IMG/VR virus record: IMGVR_UViG_3300029286_000014
Reading direction: 5' to 3' (one strand)
DNA length: 20,000 nucleotides
Source: an uncultured virus (IMG/VR IMGVR_UViG_3300029286_000014)
Lineage: Duplodnaviria > Heunggongvirae > Uroviricota > Caudoviricetes
In this document: one piece after another, positions 1-7,036 of the stretch
Layout: each line of letters starts with the position of its first letter
Numbering within the stretch: position 1 is the first letter of the stretch
Notes under the pieces: generated by a model
Database searches by the model: none
What the model was told of the DNA's origin: nothing
The model's input: the letters and a program-made list of their open reading frames with translations, nothing else
Made by a program: the position numbers and the translations under genes

Positions 1-303
1 CTACAAAGAAATAACAAACAGATCCGGTTAGATCGAGCTCAAGCAATTGGAGATGACACACAACTGGGATACAAAAGGGCAGTTGAAGATCTTGAATTGA
101 GTATTAAAAAGATGAGGAGAGAGCAAGAAAACATGCTAGACCTAAGTCCTACTAACGCTCAGAGTCTTGTATTGGCGAGTGATTTCGATTCTAATGCTTA
201 TATAGCAAAAGATATCGAAATCGGAGTCAAAATCAGGAATGCTGAAATTAAACTAGAAATTGCAAAAGCGAGGTATGGTTATCTCTTTGGAAAGGAGGTT
301 TAA
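1..303 (+). CDS. 5'-truncated helical/coiled-coil hypothetical protein, first gene of the VWA-PurA-like module
   Basis: The frame of the 97..303 ORF is open back to base 1 (LQRNNKQIRLDRAQAIGDDTQLGYKRAVEDLELSIKK...YLFGKEV*), so the true start is upstream of the window. The stop is followed after 1 nt by the next ATG. Confidence 0.8.
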   Translation, partial: LQRNNKQIRLDRAQAIGDDTQLGYKRAVEDLELSIKKMRREQENMLDLSPTNAQSLVLASDFDSNAYIAKDIEIGVKIRNAEIKLEIAKARYGYLFGKEV

Positions 304-304
304 T

Positions 305-1201
305 ATGGGGCATGGCGGATATTCATCGACGTGGGACAACTCAAAAGGTTCTTATTCTTATGATTCTAGTATTAGAGATTTAAGAGCAAAGGACAGAGGA
401 TTCTATACAAAAAGTAGAACAGAAATATTTAACTCAAAAAACATCAACAGTTCAATGAACCCTTATGGGGTGCAGATAAGAGAATCAAGAGATTCTATAG
501 AACACCCAAACTCAGTTCCAATAATTATTGGTATTGACGTAACTGGATCCATGGGATCTGTTCCTCATTATCTAGTAAAAGAGGGACTCCCAAAGATAAT
601 GGAAAAGATTATTCTAAATGGAATATTAGACCCTCAAGTTTTGTTTGTAGCAATCGGAGATCATGAATGTGATAATAGCCCACTTCAGATAGGGCAATTT
701 GAATCTTCTGACTCTTCTCTTGACAAATGGCTAACGGATACCTGGTTAGAAGGTGGCGGGGGAGGAAATGCTGGTGAGTCTTATTTATTGGCGTGGTATT
801 TTGCAGCAAATCACACTGCAATAGACAGTCTTGAAAAAAGAGGAAGAAAAGGATTTTTATTCACAATTGGGGATGAACCAGTTCTTTCAGAAATTCCATC
901 ATCTGCGCTGAAAGGAATAATGGGCATCGATCAGCCTCAAAGTTATACAGCGCAACAGTTATATGAAAAAGCGAAAGAAAAATATCACGTTTATCATATT
1001 CATATAAAAGAAACTTCTTCTGGAAGTAGACAAAGAGTGATAGATGAATGGAAACAGTTGCTTTCAGATAATTTGTTGGTTGCAAATAGACACACAGAAG
1101 TTTCTGGAATTATTTCAGAAATTATTTTAAAAGAAAAGGATTCAATTGTTTCTGGTATTTCTACCCCTTCAATTCATGATTCTGTAGAGGAAATGTTGTA
1201 G
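305..1201 (+). CDS. von Willebrand factor A (VWA) domain protein
   Basis: MIDAS-type motif IDVTGSMG, then GGGGNAGESY and FTIGDE. RBS AAGGAGG precedes the ATG at 305 (MGHGGYS...), a better start than the TTG at 260. Confidence 0.85.
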   Translation: MGHGGYSSTWDNSKGSYSYDSSIRDLRAKDRGFYTKSRTEIFNSKNINSSMNPYGVQIRESRDSIEHPNSVPIIIGIDVTGSMGSVPHYLVKEGLPKIMEKIILNGILDPQVLFVAIGDHECDNSPLQIGQFESSDSSLDKWLTDTWLEGGGGGNAGESYLLAWYFAANHTAIDSLEKRGRKGFLFTIGDEPVLSEIPSSALKGIMGIDQPQSYTAQQLYEKAKEKYHVYHIHIKETSSGSRQRVIDEWKQLLSDNLLVANRHTEVSGIISEIILKEKDSIVSGISTPSIHDSVEEML

Positions 1202-1209
1202 GAGTTAAA

Positions 1210-2337
1210 ATGAAAACAGCAGTTATTGGGCTAGGATTTGGAGACGAAGGAAAGGGCAGAGTCGTAGATTGGCTCTGCTCTTATCGGCCCGATTCTTTAG
1301 TGGTAAGATTTTCAGGAGGATCTAATGCAAGTCATAAAGTTTATAAACCAGATGGTTCTGGATTTCATGCTTTTTCAAATTTAGGAAGCGGAACATTCAG
1401 AGGATGCCCAACCTACTGGTCAGAGTTTTGTACTTTCGATCCTGCCGATTTATTGTTTGAGGCCGAATACATCAAAAAAGCAGGAGTTGAAAATTTTAAA
1501 CTCTATGTGAATTTAGATTGTCCAGTTGTTACCACATGGGATAAAAGATACAACAAGATTCAAAATGATATGACTTTTCATGGGAGTTGCGGTGTCGGTC
1601 TAGGAGCTACTCATGAAAGAGAAGAAAATCATTATTCTCTTAGGGTGAGAGATTTATTTTATTATGATCTGAGATCACAAAAAGTAACAGAAATTATAAA
1701 ATATTATAAATCTAAAGGAATCAAAGCAACCCTAGAAGAGATCGAACTATTCTTCATTTGTGTAGAGAAATCTAAAGAATTATTCACACCAGTTGAAAGC
1801 ATCCCTCAATCTGTTAATTATCTATTTGAAGGATCACAAGGATTAATGTTGGATCAAAATTATGGTGTTTTTCCACATGTAACAAGAAGCAATACAGGAA
1901 CACAAAACATCATTAAAATGGGATTTGATATGAATTCCTTCTTTCATGATAGGTGTTTTCTTGTCACTAGAGCATACCACACTCGACATGGAAATGGATA
2001 TCACCCAACCGACCATATTCCGCATAATATTAAAGAGAATCCCTATGAACAAAATGTAGAAAATTATCAGGGAAAGTTTAGAAGGGGATTACTTGATGTA
2101 AGTTTGTTGAAATACGCAATTGAAAAAGATAAGATTTTAAAAGGTAATCAGTGTGATATGTCAATTGTTATAACATGTCTCGATTTGATAGAAAATGAAT
2201 GGAGATTTGTTGAGAATGGGGTAATTGTAAATTGTTTAGATGAATATGAATTTCTAACAAAGATTAAAAAATTACTACCCTATCCTATAGCGGTTAGTCG
2301 TACACCTTATGGGAAAATCGAAATATTTACACTCTAA
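1210..2337 (+). CDS. Adenylosuccinate synthetase (PurA)-family protein, divergent
   Basis: GDEGKG P-loop, RFSGGSNASH, EGSQGLMLD, FPHVTRS, RAYHTRHGNG and TCLD motifs; RBS GGAG. Short (375 aa) and lacks the GxTTGRxRR aspartate loop, so the purA symbol is withheld. Confidence 0.85.
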   Translation: MKTAVIGLGFGDEGKGRVVDWLCSYRPDSLVVRFSGGSNASHKVYKPDGSGFHAFSNLGSGTFRGCPTYWSEFCTFDPADLLFEAEYIKKAGVENFKLYVNLDCPVVTTWDKRYNKIQNDMTFHGSCGVGLGATHEREENHYSLRVRDLFYYDLRSQKVTEIIKYYKSKGIKATLEEIELFFICVEKSKELFTPVESIPQSVNYLFEGSQGLMLDQNYGVFPHVTRSNTGTQNIIKMGFDMNSFFHDRCFLVTRAYHTRHGNGYHPTDHIPHNIKENPYEQNVENYQGKFRRGLLDVSLLKYAIEKDKILKGNQCDMSIVITCLDLIENEWRFVENGVIVNCLDEYEFLTKIKKLLPYPIAVSRTPYGKIEIFTL

Positions 2338-2435
2338 ATCATTTAAGTAAATCACATTTATATGTAAGAGAAAAAACAATGGGGTAATGTAAAAAGAAAA
2401 ATGATATTGGTTCAAATAAATCATTAACAAATTGT

Positions 2436-2470
2436 ACCGGTTATATTTTATATAGCCGGTCTTTTTCTTT
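2436..2470 (+). terminator. Probable intrinsic terminator
   Basis: Stem accggttatat (2436-2446)/atatagccggt (2450-2460) followed by ctttttcttt. Confidence 0.7.
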
Positions 2471-2508
2471 GTAAAAAACAAATATAAAAAATTAGAAGGA
2501 GAAAAGCT

Positions 2509-2718
2509 ATGCCGTTGTTCGAAGTCGCTGTAATTCAAGATCCAACCGTAAGAGAAAGGGAAGATGGGGAATTGGAAAAATTGATCTATGGTCCAGAGAC
2601 CGTGATCGCTGCAAGTGAACAGGCTGCAGGAATGGAAGTGTACACAAAAGCTGTAAAGATTGAAAATATTGAAAATTTTGATCCGAAAAGATTTAAAATT
2701 TTAGTTCGCCCTTTTTAA
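2509..2718 (+). CDS. Small hypothetical protein ending in VRPF (non-frameshifted product)
   Basis: 69-aa ORF with RBS AAGGAG; ends CGC CCT TTT TAA. Confidence 0.85.
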   Translation: MPLFEVAVIQDPTVREREDGELEKLIYGPETVIAASEQAAGMEVYTKAVKIENIENFDPKRFKILVRPF

Positions 2719-2771
2719 GTAGCCTTTCCAACAGTTCTTACTGGTCTATTGGATTTATAAAACGGAAAGGC
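2709..2771 (+). promoter_or_regulatory. Candidate -1 programmed ribosomal frameshift signal
   Basis: Correctly phased X_XXY_YYZ heptamer C_CCT_TTT (2709-2715), 6-nt spacer, perfect 8-bp stem gcctttcc (2722-2729)/ggaaaggc (2764-2771). Confidence 0.7.
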
Positions 2772-3032
2772 ACACAACCAAATTCTTATTGTCATACGAG
2801 AGCTATTTCTGGTTTTTCTGGTTATAGCGGAATTTCTGGTTATATCGGATATTCTGGAAAACCACAAATGATGATCTATAATGGGTCTACAGGATCTACT
2901 GGTCCCAATGGCCCTTGTGGGGAATCTGGAGAATCTGGAACGACAGGAAGATTGGTTGGAAAGGCGAGAGAAGTTTCTATTGTAGAAAAGACAAGCAAAA
3001 AAAGGAGTAAAAGTTTTTCAGTAAATAACTGA
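2715..3032 (+). CDS. Predicted -1 frame extension (105 aa) with Gly-X-Y repeats
   Basis: The -1 frame is open from 2697 to TGA at 3030-3032: LSSLSNSSYWSIGFIKRKGTQPNSYCHTRAISGFSGYSGISGYIGYSGKPQMMIYNGSTGSTGPNGPCGESGESGTTGRLVGKAREVSIVEKTSKKRSKSFSVNN. No ATG before 2868. Confidence 0.65.
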   Translation, partial: LSSLSNSSYWSIGFIKRKGTQPNSYCHTRAISGFSGYSGISGYIGYSGKPQMMIYNGSTGSTGPNGPCGESGESGTTGRLVGKAREVSIVEKTSKKRSKSFSVNN

Positions 3033-3114
3033 AAAACATAGAACCGGCCACGCCTCTATTTTTGTAGTTTAAATATGCGCACCACGGCCGGTCTTTATAA
3101 AAATAACATAGGAG

Positions 3115-3432
3115 GTGATTGTGAATACTGAACCACAAGATGTTTACACAACTGAAAAAAGAACAGTTAGAAGTAAAAGAATAACACCGTCAAATGAACC
3201 ATGCCCTAAATGTGCGAGTATGAGAGCAGATAGAAAGTTATATTTTAAGGGGAATAAAGTCGAAAGAGAATATGGCGATTGTTTTAATAAATTCATAAAT
3301 ATGATTTTAAAATATTCAGAATTTTTTATAAAAGATACTGATTCATACAGTGATCGTAATATAGCAAAAGAGTGCATAGTAAGTAAATGCAAATGTTGTG
3401 GATATATGTGGCCAACTAAACCACTAAGTTGA
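3115..3432 (+). CDS. Hypothetical protein, possible zinc-binding
   Basis: RBS AGGAGG; CPKC and CKCC cysteine pairs. Confidence 0.65.
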   Translation: MIVNTEPQDVYTTEKRTVRSKRITPSNEPCPKCASMRADRKLYFKGNKVEREYGDCFNKFINMILKYSEFFIKDTDSYSDRNIAKECIVSKCKCCGYMWPTKPLS

Positions 3433-3494
3433 ATTTTTGGTCGGATGTTTATAAAATGTTTTATAATAAATATTAAAAAGTAAAAGGAGTTAGT

Positions 3495-3920
3495 ATGGAC
3501 AGAAGTAGAATTTCTATAACACGTCATGTAGGGAAATTGTGGGGGGATATTCCTTCAAGTTTTGTCAAGTGGGCCATTGAAGAAGCTAAAAATTTTAAGG
3601 GGTTTACACTTGAAAAACTAATAGAGGAATATGAAAAAAGGGAATTGAAAACTATTAAAATGGAAGTTTTGGAAAAAACAGAAAAAGCATTAGCTCTTTC
3701 AAAACTAAACAAAGAACAAACAGTAAATCCTGAGCAAGAGCAAGAGGAAACTGTTGAAAAGAAAATGATTTTTGAATACGATCCTGATCAACTTAAACTT
3801 TTTAGAAAAAAGATTTTGGGCAAACAAAGAGGAAATGCTGTTATAAAAGAAGGCATCAAATATGCATTCAATGAGCTTGAAGAATATATAAAAGAAAACT
3901 CAAAACTAATAGAAATTTAA
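3495..3920 (+). CDS. Hypothetical protein
   Basis: RBS AAGGAG, 141 aa. N-terminal RHVGKLWGDIPSSFVKW resembles the small KH/YKG-x-DIP-x-YLxW domain; the rest is charged and helical. Confidence 0.75.
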   Translation: MDRSRISITRHVGKLWGDIPSSFVKWAIEEAKNFKGFTLEKLIEEYEKRELKTIKMEVLEKTEKALALSKLNKEQTVNPEQEQEETVEKKMIFEYDPDQLKLFRKKILGKQRGNAVIKEGIKYAFNELEEYIKENSKLIEI

Positions 3921-3989
3921 AAGGAGAAAATCTATGAAAAACAAACCATTTACTTAAGTAACTAAAAACTACTTAAGGAGGTATTTACA

Positions 3990-4271
3990 ATGTCTAGATC
4001 TCGTAAAAAGATCTGTGGTGGAGGAATTTGCTGTGGATCAAATCATGAATGGTCCAAAGCAGAACACAGGAGAGAACGCAGAACTGCTAAACAACTTATT
4101 CTGTCGTTTATGGATGAAACACTTATTCCTCATCCAAAGTATTGGGGGGATCCGTGGTTGTCACCTAGCGATGGAAAAAGTGTTTGGTGGTGGCCTTGGA
4201 TGTTAAAAACGGATTCTTTCAAAAACAATCCTGAAAAGATTAAATGTTACATGAAAAGTATCAGAAAGTAA
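3990..4271 (+). CDS. Small basic phage hypothetical protein (MSRSRKK... type)
   Basis: Strong RBS TAAGGAGGT; 93 aa, Arg/Lys/Trp-rich. Confidence 0.75.
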   Translation: MSRSRKKICGGGICCGSNHEWSKAEHRRERRTAKQLILSFMDETLIPHPKYWGDPWLSPSDGKSVWWWPWMLKTDSFKNNPEKIKCYMKSIRK

Positions 4272-4297
4272 ATATCTCATCCACCAAGAGTGGAAGG

Positions 4298-4390
4298 AGT
4301 TGGGTCTTCCCTAGAGAGTAGACCTTGTTTTTAGCTGATCTGCCATGTGCAGAAACAGTTACAGGATCGTCATTCGTGGCGATCCCAGCT
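4298..4390 (+). ncRNA. Candidate structured RNA (four-way junction), family unknown
   Basis: Closing stem agttg/cagct encloses hairpins ggtct/agacc, tagctg..tctgc/gcaga..cagtta and ggatcgtca-TTCG-tggcgatcc. GC-rich intergenic island; G-U pairs favour the plus strand. Confidence 0.55.
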
Positions 4391-4392
4391 TT

Positions 4393-4464
4393 ACCCGAAT
4401 AGTTCAATAGTAGAACCTTCCGCTGATAATGGAAAAACGGCAGGTGCGAATCCTCCTTCGGGTA
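4393..4464 (+). tRNA. tRNA-Ile(GAT), atypical T arm
   Basis: Acceptor stem acccgaa/ttcgggt plus discriminator A; D stem gttc/gaac; anticodon stem ttccg/tggaa with loop ctGATaa (GAT 4425-4427); T arm ggcagg-tgcgaat-cctcc. No encoded CCA. Confidence 0.8.
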
Positions 4465-4489
4465 AATATCAAAATTCATAGGAGATTTT

Positions 4490-4774
4490 ATGGAATTAGA
4501 TGGTTCATTAAATATTGAAAAGATTGGTGAGATAAATTTTACAATTGAACTTGATCAATTTTATGAGAAAGCAGAAAGAACAACAATGGATCATCCTGGA
4601 TTTCCAGAATCTGTAACATGGGATGGATATACAATAATTGGTTTAACTGATTATCCAAATATTTTCAAAGATGTTGATATTCTTATGAAAGAAGCTTTTG
4701 GAAATGATGAAATTCGTAAAGAGATTGAATCAGAAATGCTTAGAATAATCAAAGAAACTGAAGATTTTGATTAA
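4490..4774 (+). CDS. Acidic hypothetical protein
   Basis: RBS AGGAG, 94-aa ORF. Confidence 0.75.
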   Translation: MELDGSLNIEKIGEINFTIELDQFYEKAERTTMDHPGFPESVTWDGYTIIGLTDYPNIFKDVDILMKEAFGNDEIRKEIESEMLRIIKETEDFD

Positions 4775-4803
4775 TTATAACAAAATATTAAAGGGAGAGA
4801 TTT

Positions 4804-5094
4804 ATGAAAAAAATAGTTATCATAATGTTTTTAATAATTATGTTTCTATTAACAACAACATCAGTTTTAATCGCGTCACCAATTTTTAAAATAGATGCAT
4901 CTTCTTCGTTTAAAGAATTTGAAATAAAAGAATTGCAAATTCAAATAGATCGATATAATTCTTATCATCAAATAGATTTTCGGCAAAAACCAACAAATGC
5001 TCCTGCCCCAGTTCCAGAACCAGCAACAATAATTTTATTGGGTTCAGGAATTATTTTCGTTGGAACTATGGTTCGAAGAAAACCAAAAGGCTGA
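4804..5094 (+). CDS. PEP-CTERM sorting-domain protein
   Basis: N-terminal signal peptide MKKIVIIMFLIIMFLL...; C-terminal APVPEPATIILLGSGIIFVGTMVRRK = VPEP motif + TM helix + basic tail. Confidence 0.85.
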   Translation: MKKIVIIMFLIIMFLLTTTSVLIASPIFKIDASSSFKEFEIKELQIQIDRYNSYHQIDFRQKPTNAPAPVPEPATIILLGSGIIFVGTMVRRKPKG

Positions 5095-5098
5095 TGAG

Positions 5099-5356
5099 AT
5101 GCCTATCTTAGAGATATGGATGATTATTATTGGTGCTTCATTGGCTTTTTCAAGTGTTCCACAGATTTTAAAAATAGTTAGAGAAAGAGAATCAAAAAGT
5201 GTTTCTATTCCATCATGGATAATAATTAGTCATGCAAATTTCTGGTGGCTTTGTTATGCAGTTGTTATAAAAAGTGTAAGTTTATTTGTAACAAATATGT
5301 TGTCATTGGGTATATCACTAATAACAATTATTGTAATTATGAGATATAGAGAATAA
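5099..5356 (+). CDS. PQ-loop / SemiSWEET-family membrane protein
   Basis: Three hydrophobic helices with SSVPQILKIVRERESKSVS (PQ motif). ATG at 5099, just after the upstream stop, is the likely start. Confidence 0.8.
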   Translation: MPILEIWMIIIGASLAFSSVPQILKIVRERESKSVSIPSWIIISHANFWWLCYAVVIKSVSLFVTNMLSLGISLITIIVIMRYRE

Positions 5357-5379
5357 ATTTATACTTTCATTATTTTAGA

Positions 5380-5557
5380 GTATCTATGAGATAAGCCACA
5401 CACCGGGATGTCGATGAAGCTGAGGCTCGGGGGTGGAGACTTGTGTGAAACTATCAAAATGGATACGATGAGGATTCGGGAGTTATAATCCTCGATTGAG
5501 AATCGGCGCCGATAAACTCAATTAAAAGAGATGTGTTGAGCAAGCATCTTACCTCCC
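5380..5557 (+). ncRNA. Candidate structured RNA with possible pseudoknot, family unknown
   Basis: Nested stems gtatctat/atggatac, cacaca/tgtgtg, ccggg/ctcgg, then gaggatt/aatcctc, attgag/ctcaat, gagatgt/gcatctt. Loop gggag is complementary to 3' ctccc. Confidence 0.6.
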
Positions 5558-5594
5558 AAAAATTTTTATAAAATAAAGGTCAAAGGCGGTTAAT

Positions 5595-6071
5595 ATGATT
5601 AAGGCTGCATATACAGGAACGTTTGATCCTTTCACAAAAGGGCATTCCGATATTCTAAGAAGAGCTTCTGGAATTTTTGATGAAGTTCTTGTTGGGGTTT
5701 TAAATAATGCAAATAAGAATTCTATGTTCACAATTTCAGAACGTGTTGATATAGTTGAACATTATTTTATAGATCTTCCAGAAAATATAAGCGTCAAAGG
5801 ATATGACGGAACTTCTTTTAACTTTGTTGCTGAAAATAATGCTAATGTGATAATTAGAGGAATACGAGGAACATTAGATCTTGATATGGAAATGCAATAT
5901 GCAATTATGAACAAAAAATATGCCGGACTTGAAACCATATTACTTTTTAGTGATCTTGAAAAATCAATAATAAGTTCAACATTAATAAAAACACTTTTCA
6001 AATCTGGCGTAAATATTCTCGAATTTGTAAATGAGTATACATACTTAAAAATGAAGGAGAAATTACAATGA
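5595..6071 (+). CDS. coaD: Phosphopantetheine adenylyltransferase
   Basis: YTGTFDPFTKGH (TxGH motif), IIRGIR, MN...LET, ISSTLIK; 158 aa is the typical CoaD length. Confidence 0.88.
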   Translation: MIKAAYTGTFDPFTKGHSDILRRASGIFDEVLVGVLNNANKNSMFTISERVDIVEHYFIDLPENISVKGYDGTSFNFVAENNANVIIRGIRGTLDLDMEMQYAIMNKKYAGLETILLFSDLEKSIISSTLIKTLFKSGVNILEFVNEYTYLKMKEKLQ

Positions 6072-6673
6072 TAGACTTTCATGAAGATATAAAATATACA
6101 CAAATGTTTCTTGGTTTTTGTGGTTTCTACAAAGCAAAGGTTGATGGAATATGGGGGCCTAAAACGAATAAAGCAATGATTGAGTTTGAGATGCTAACTG
6201 AACATATAAAAGATGGTCATTCATTGGTAACTGATTTAAGATCTGAAAATTGTATATGTAGTCTTCACCCCAATGCACAACTTCTTGCTAGAGATTTTTT
6301 ATTAAAGTGTGAAGATTTCCCAAATTTTAAAGTAAAAATAATCAGCGGATTAAGAAGTTACAGGGAACAAAGTATTTTATATGCAAAAGGAAGAACTACA
6401 TCAGGAATTATAGTAACTAATTCTAAAGCTGGTCAATCATATCATAACTTTGGTGTAGCTTTTGATTGTGGGATTTTTTCTAAAAATGGTACTTATTTAA
6501 GTGATGATGAATACTACAAAGAAATCGCAGAGAAAATAAAAGATATAATGCAAATAGATTGGGGTGGTGATTGGGAAACATTTAAAGATTCCCCTCATTA
6601 TCAGTTGATTAATTTACCATCAGTAACAAAAATACGAAAACTATTTGAAAGTGGAAAGGAGTTAATTATATGA
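6068..6673 (+). CDS. Endolysin: peptidoglycan-binding segment + M15 (L-Ala-D-Glu) peptidase
   Basis: VDGIWGPKT PG-binding motif; GLRSYREQSILYAKGRT, SYHNFGVAFD and WGGDW..DSPHYQ zinc-peptidase motifs. Confidence 0.88.
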   Translation: MIDFHEDIKYTQMFLGFCGFYKAKVDGIWGPKTNKAMIEFEMLTEHIKDGHSLVTDLRSENCICSLHPNAQLLARDFLLKCEDFPNFKVKIISGLRSYREQSILYAKGRTTSGIIVTNSKAGQSYHNFGVAFDCGIFSKNGTYLSDDEYYKEIAEKIKDIMQIDWGGDWETFKDSPHYQLINLPSVTKIRKLFESGKELII

Positions 6674-7026
6674 AGATAAAAGTGTGTAACGTTACGAATA
6701 GTAGTTCATGTAGTTTTTTATTAATTGGAAAAAGAGTTACCATTGAAGAAGCAAAAGAAAAAAAATTTAAAAACTGTGTTTTTTATAATGGTGAATATAT
6801 TGTTGATGTAGAGGAAATTATCGAAGATGAAGTACATGACGTAGAAAAATATATTAATATACATAGTTATGATGAAAATTCATTATATGAATCTTTGTTT
6901 GTTGAGCATATTTTTTCTGATGATGAGCCTATGAAAGAAGTTATATCTTTATATGATTTAGTAAAAGGTTTATCTGAAGAAGAATTGAAAAAATTTAAAT
7001 TGATAACTGGAATAGCTATGTGTTAA
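6670..7026 (+). CDS. Hypothetical protein with N-terminal MK..VTNSSS.SF motif
   Basis: MKIKVCNVTNSSSCSFLL resembles a common phage N-terminal motif of unknown function; overlaps the upstream stop. Confidence 0.75.
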   Translation: MKIKVCNVTNSSSCSFLLIGKRVTIEEAKEKKFKNCVFYNGEYIVDVEEIIEDEVHDVEKYINIHSYDENSLYESLFVEHIFSDDEPMKEVISLYDLVKGLSEEELKKFKLITGIAMC

Positions 7027-7036
7027 GGAACCATAA

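Noticed and set aside
1210..2337. PurZ / 2-aminoadenine (Z-genome) system
   Set aside because: The P-loop is GDEGKG with the PurA-type Asp rather than the PurZ Ser, and no dATPase or MazZ-like gene is recognisable in the window.
2868..3032. Independent gene starting at ATG 2868
   Set aside because: No purine-rich RBS upstream, and Gly-X-Y coding pattern already occurs 5' of this ATG; a frameshift extension explains it better.
4335..4358. Hammerhead ribozyme core (ctgat...gaaac)
   Set aside because: It lacks the CUGANGA consensus and a properly placed stem III/cleavage triplet.
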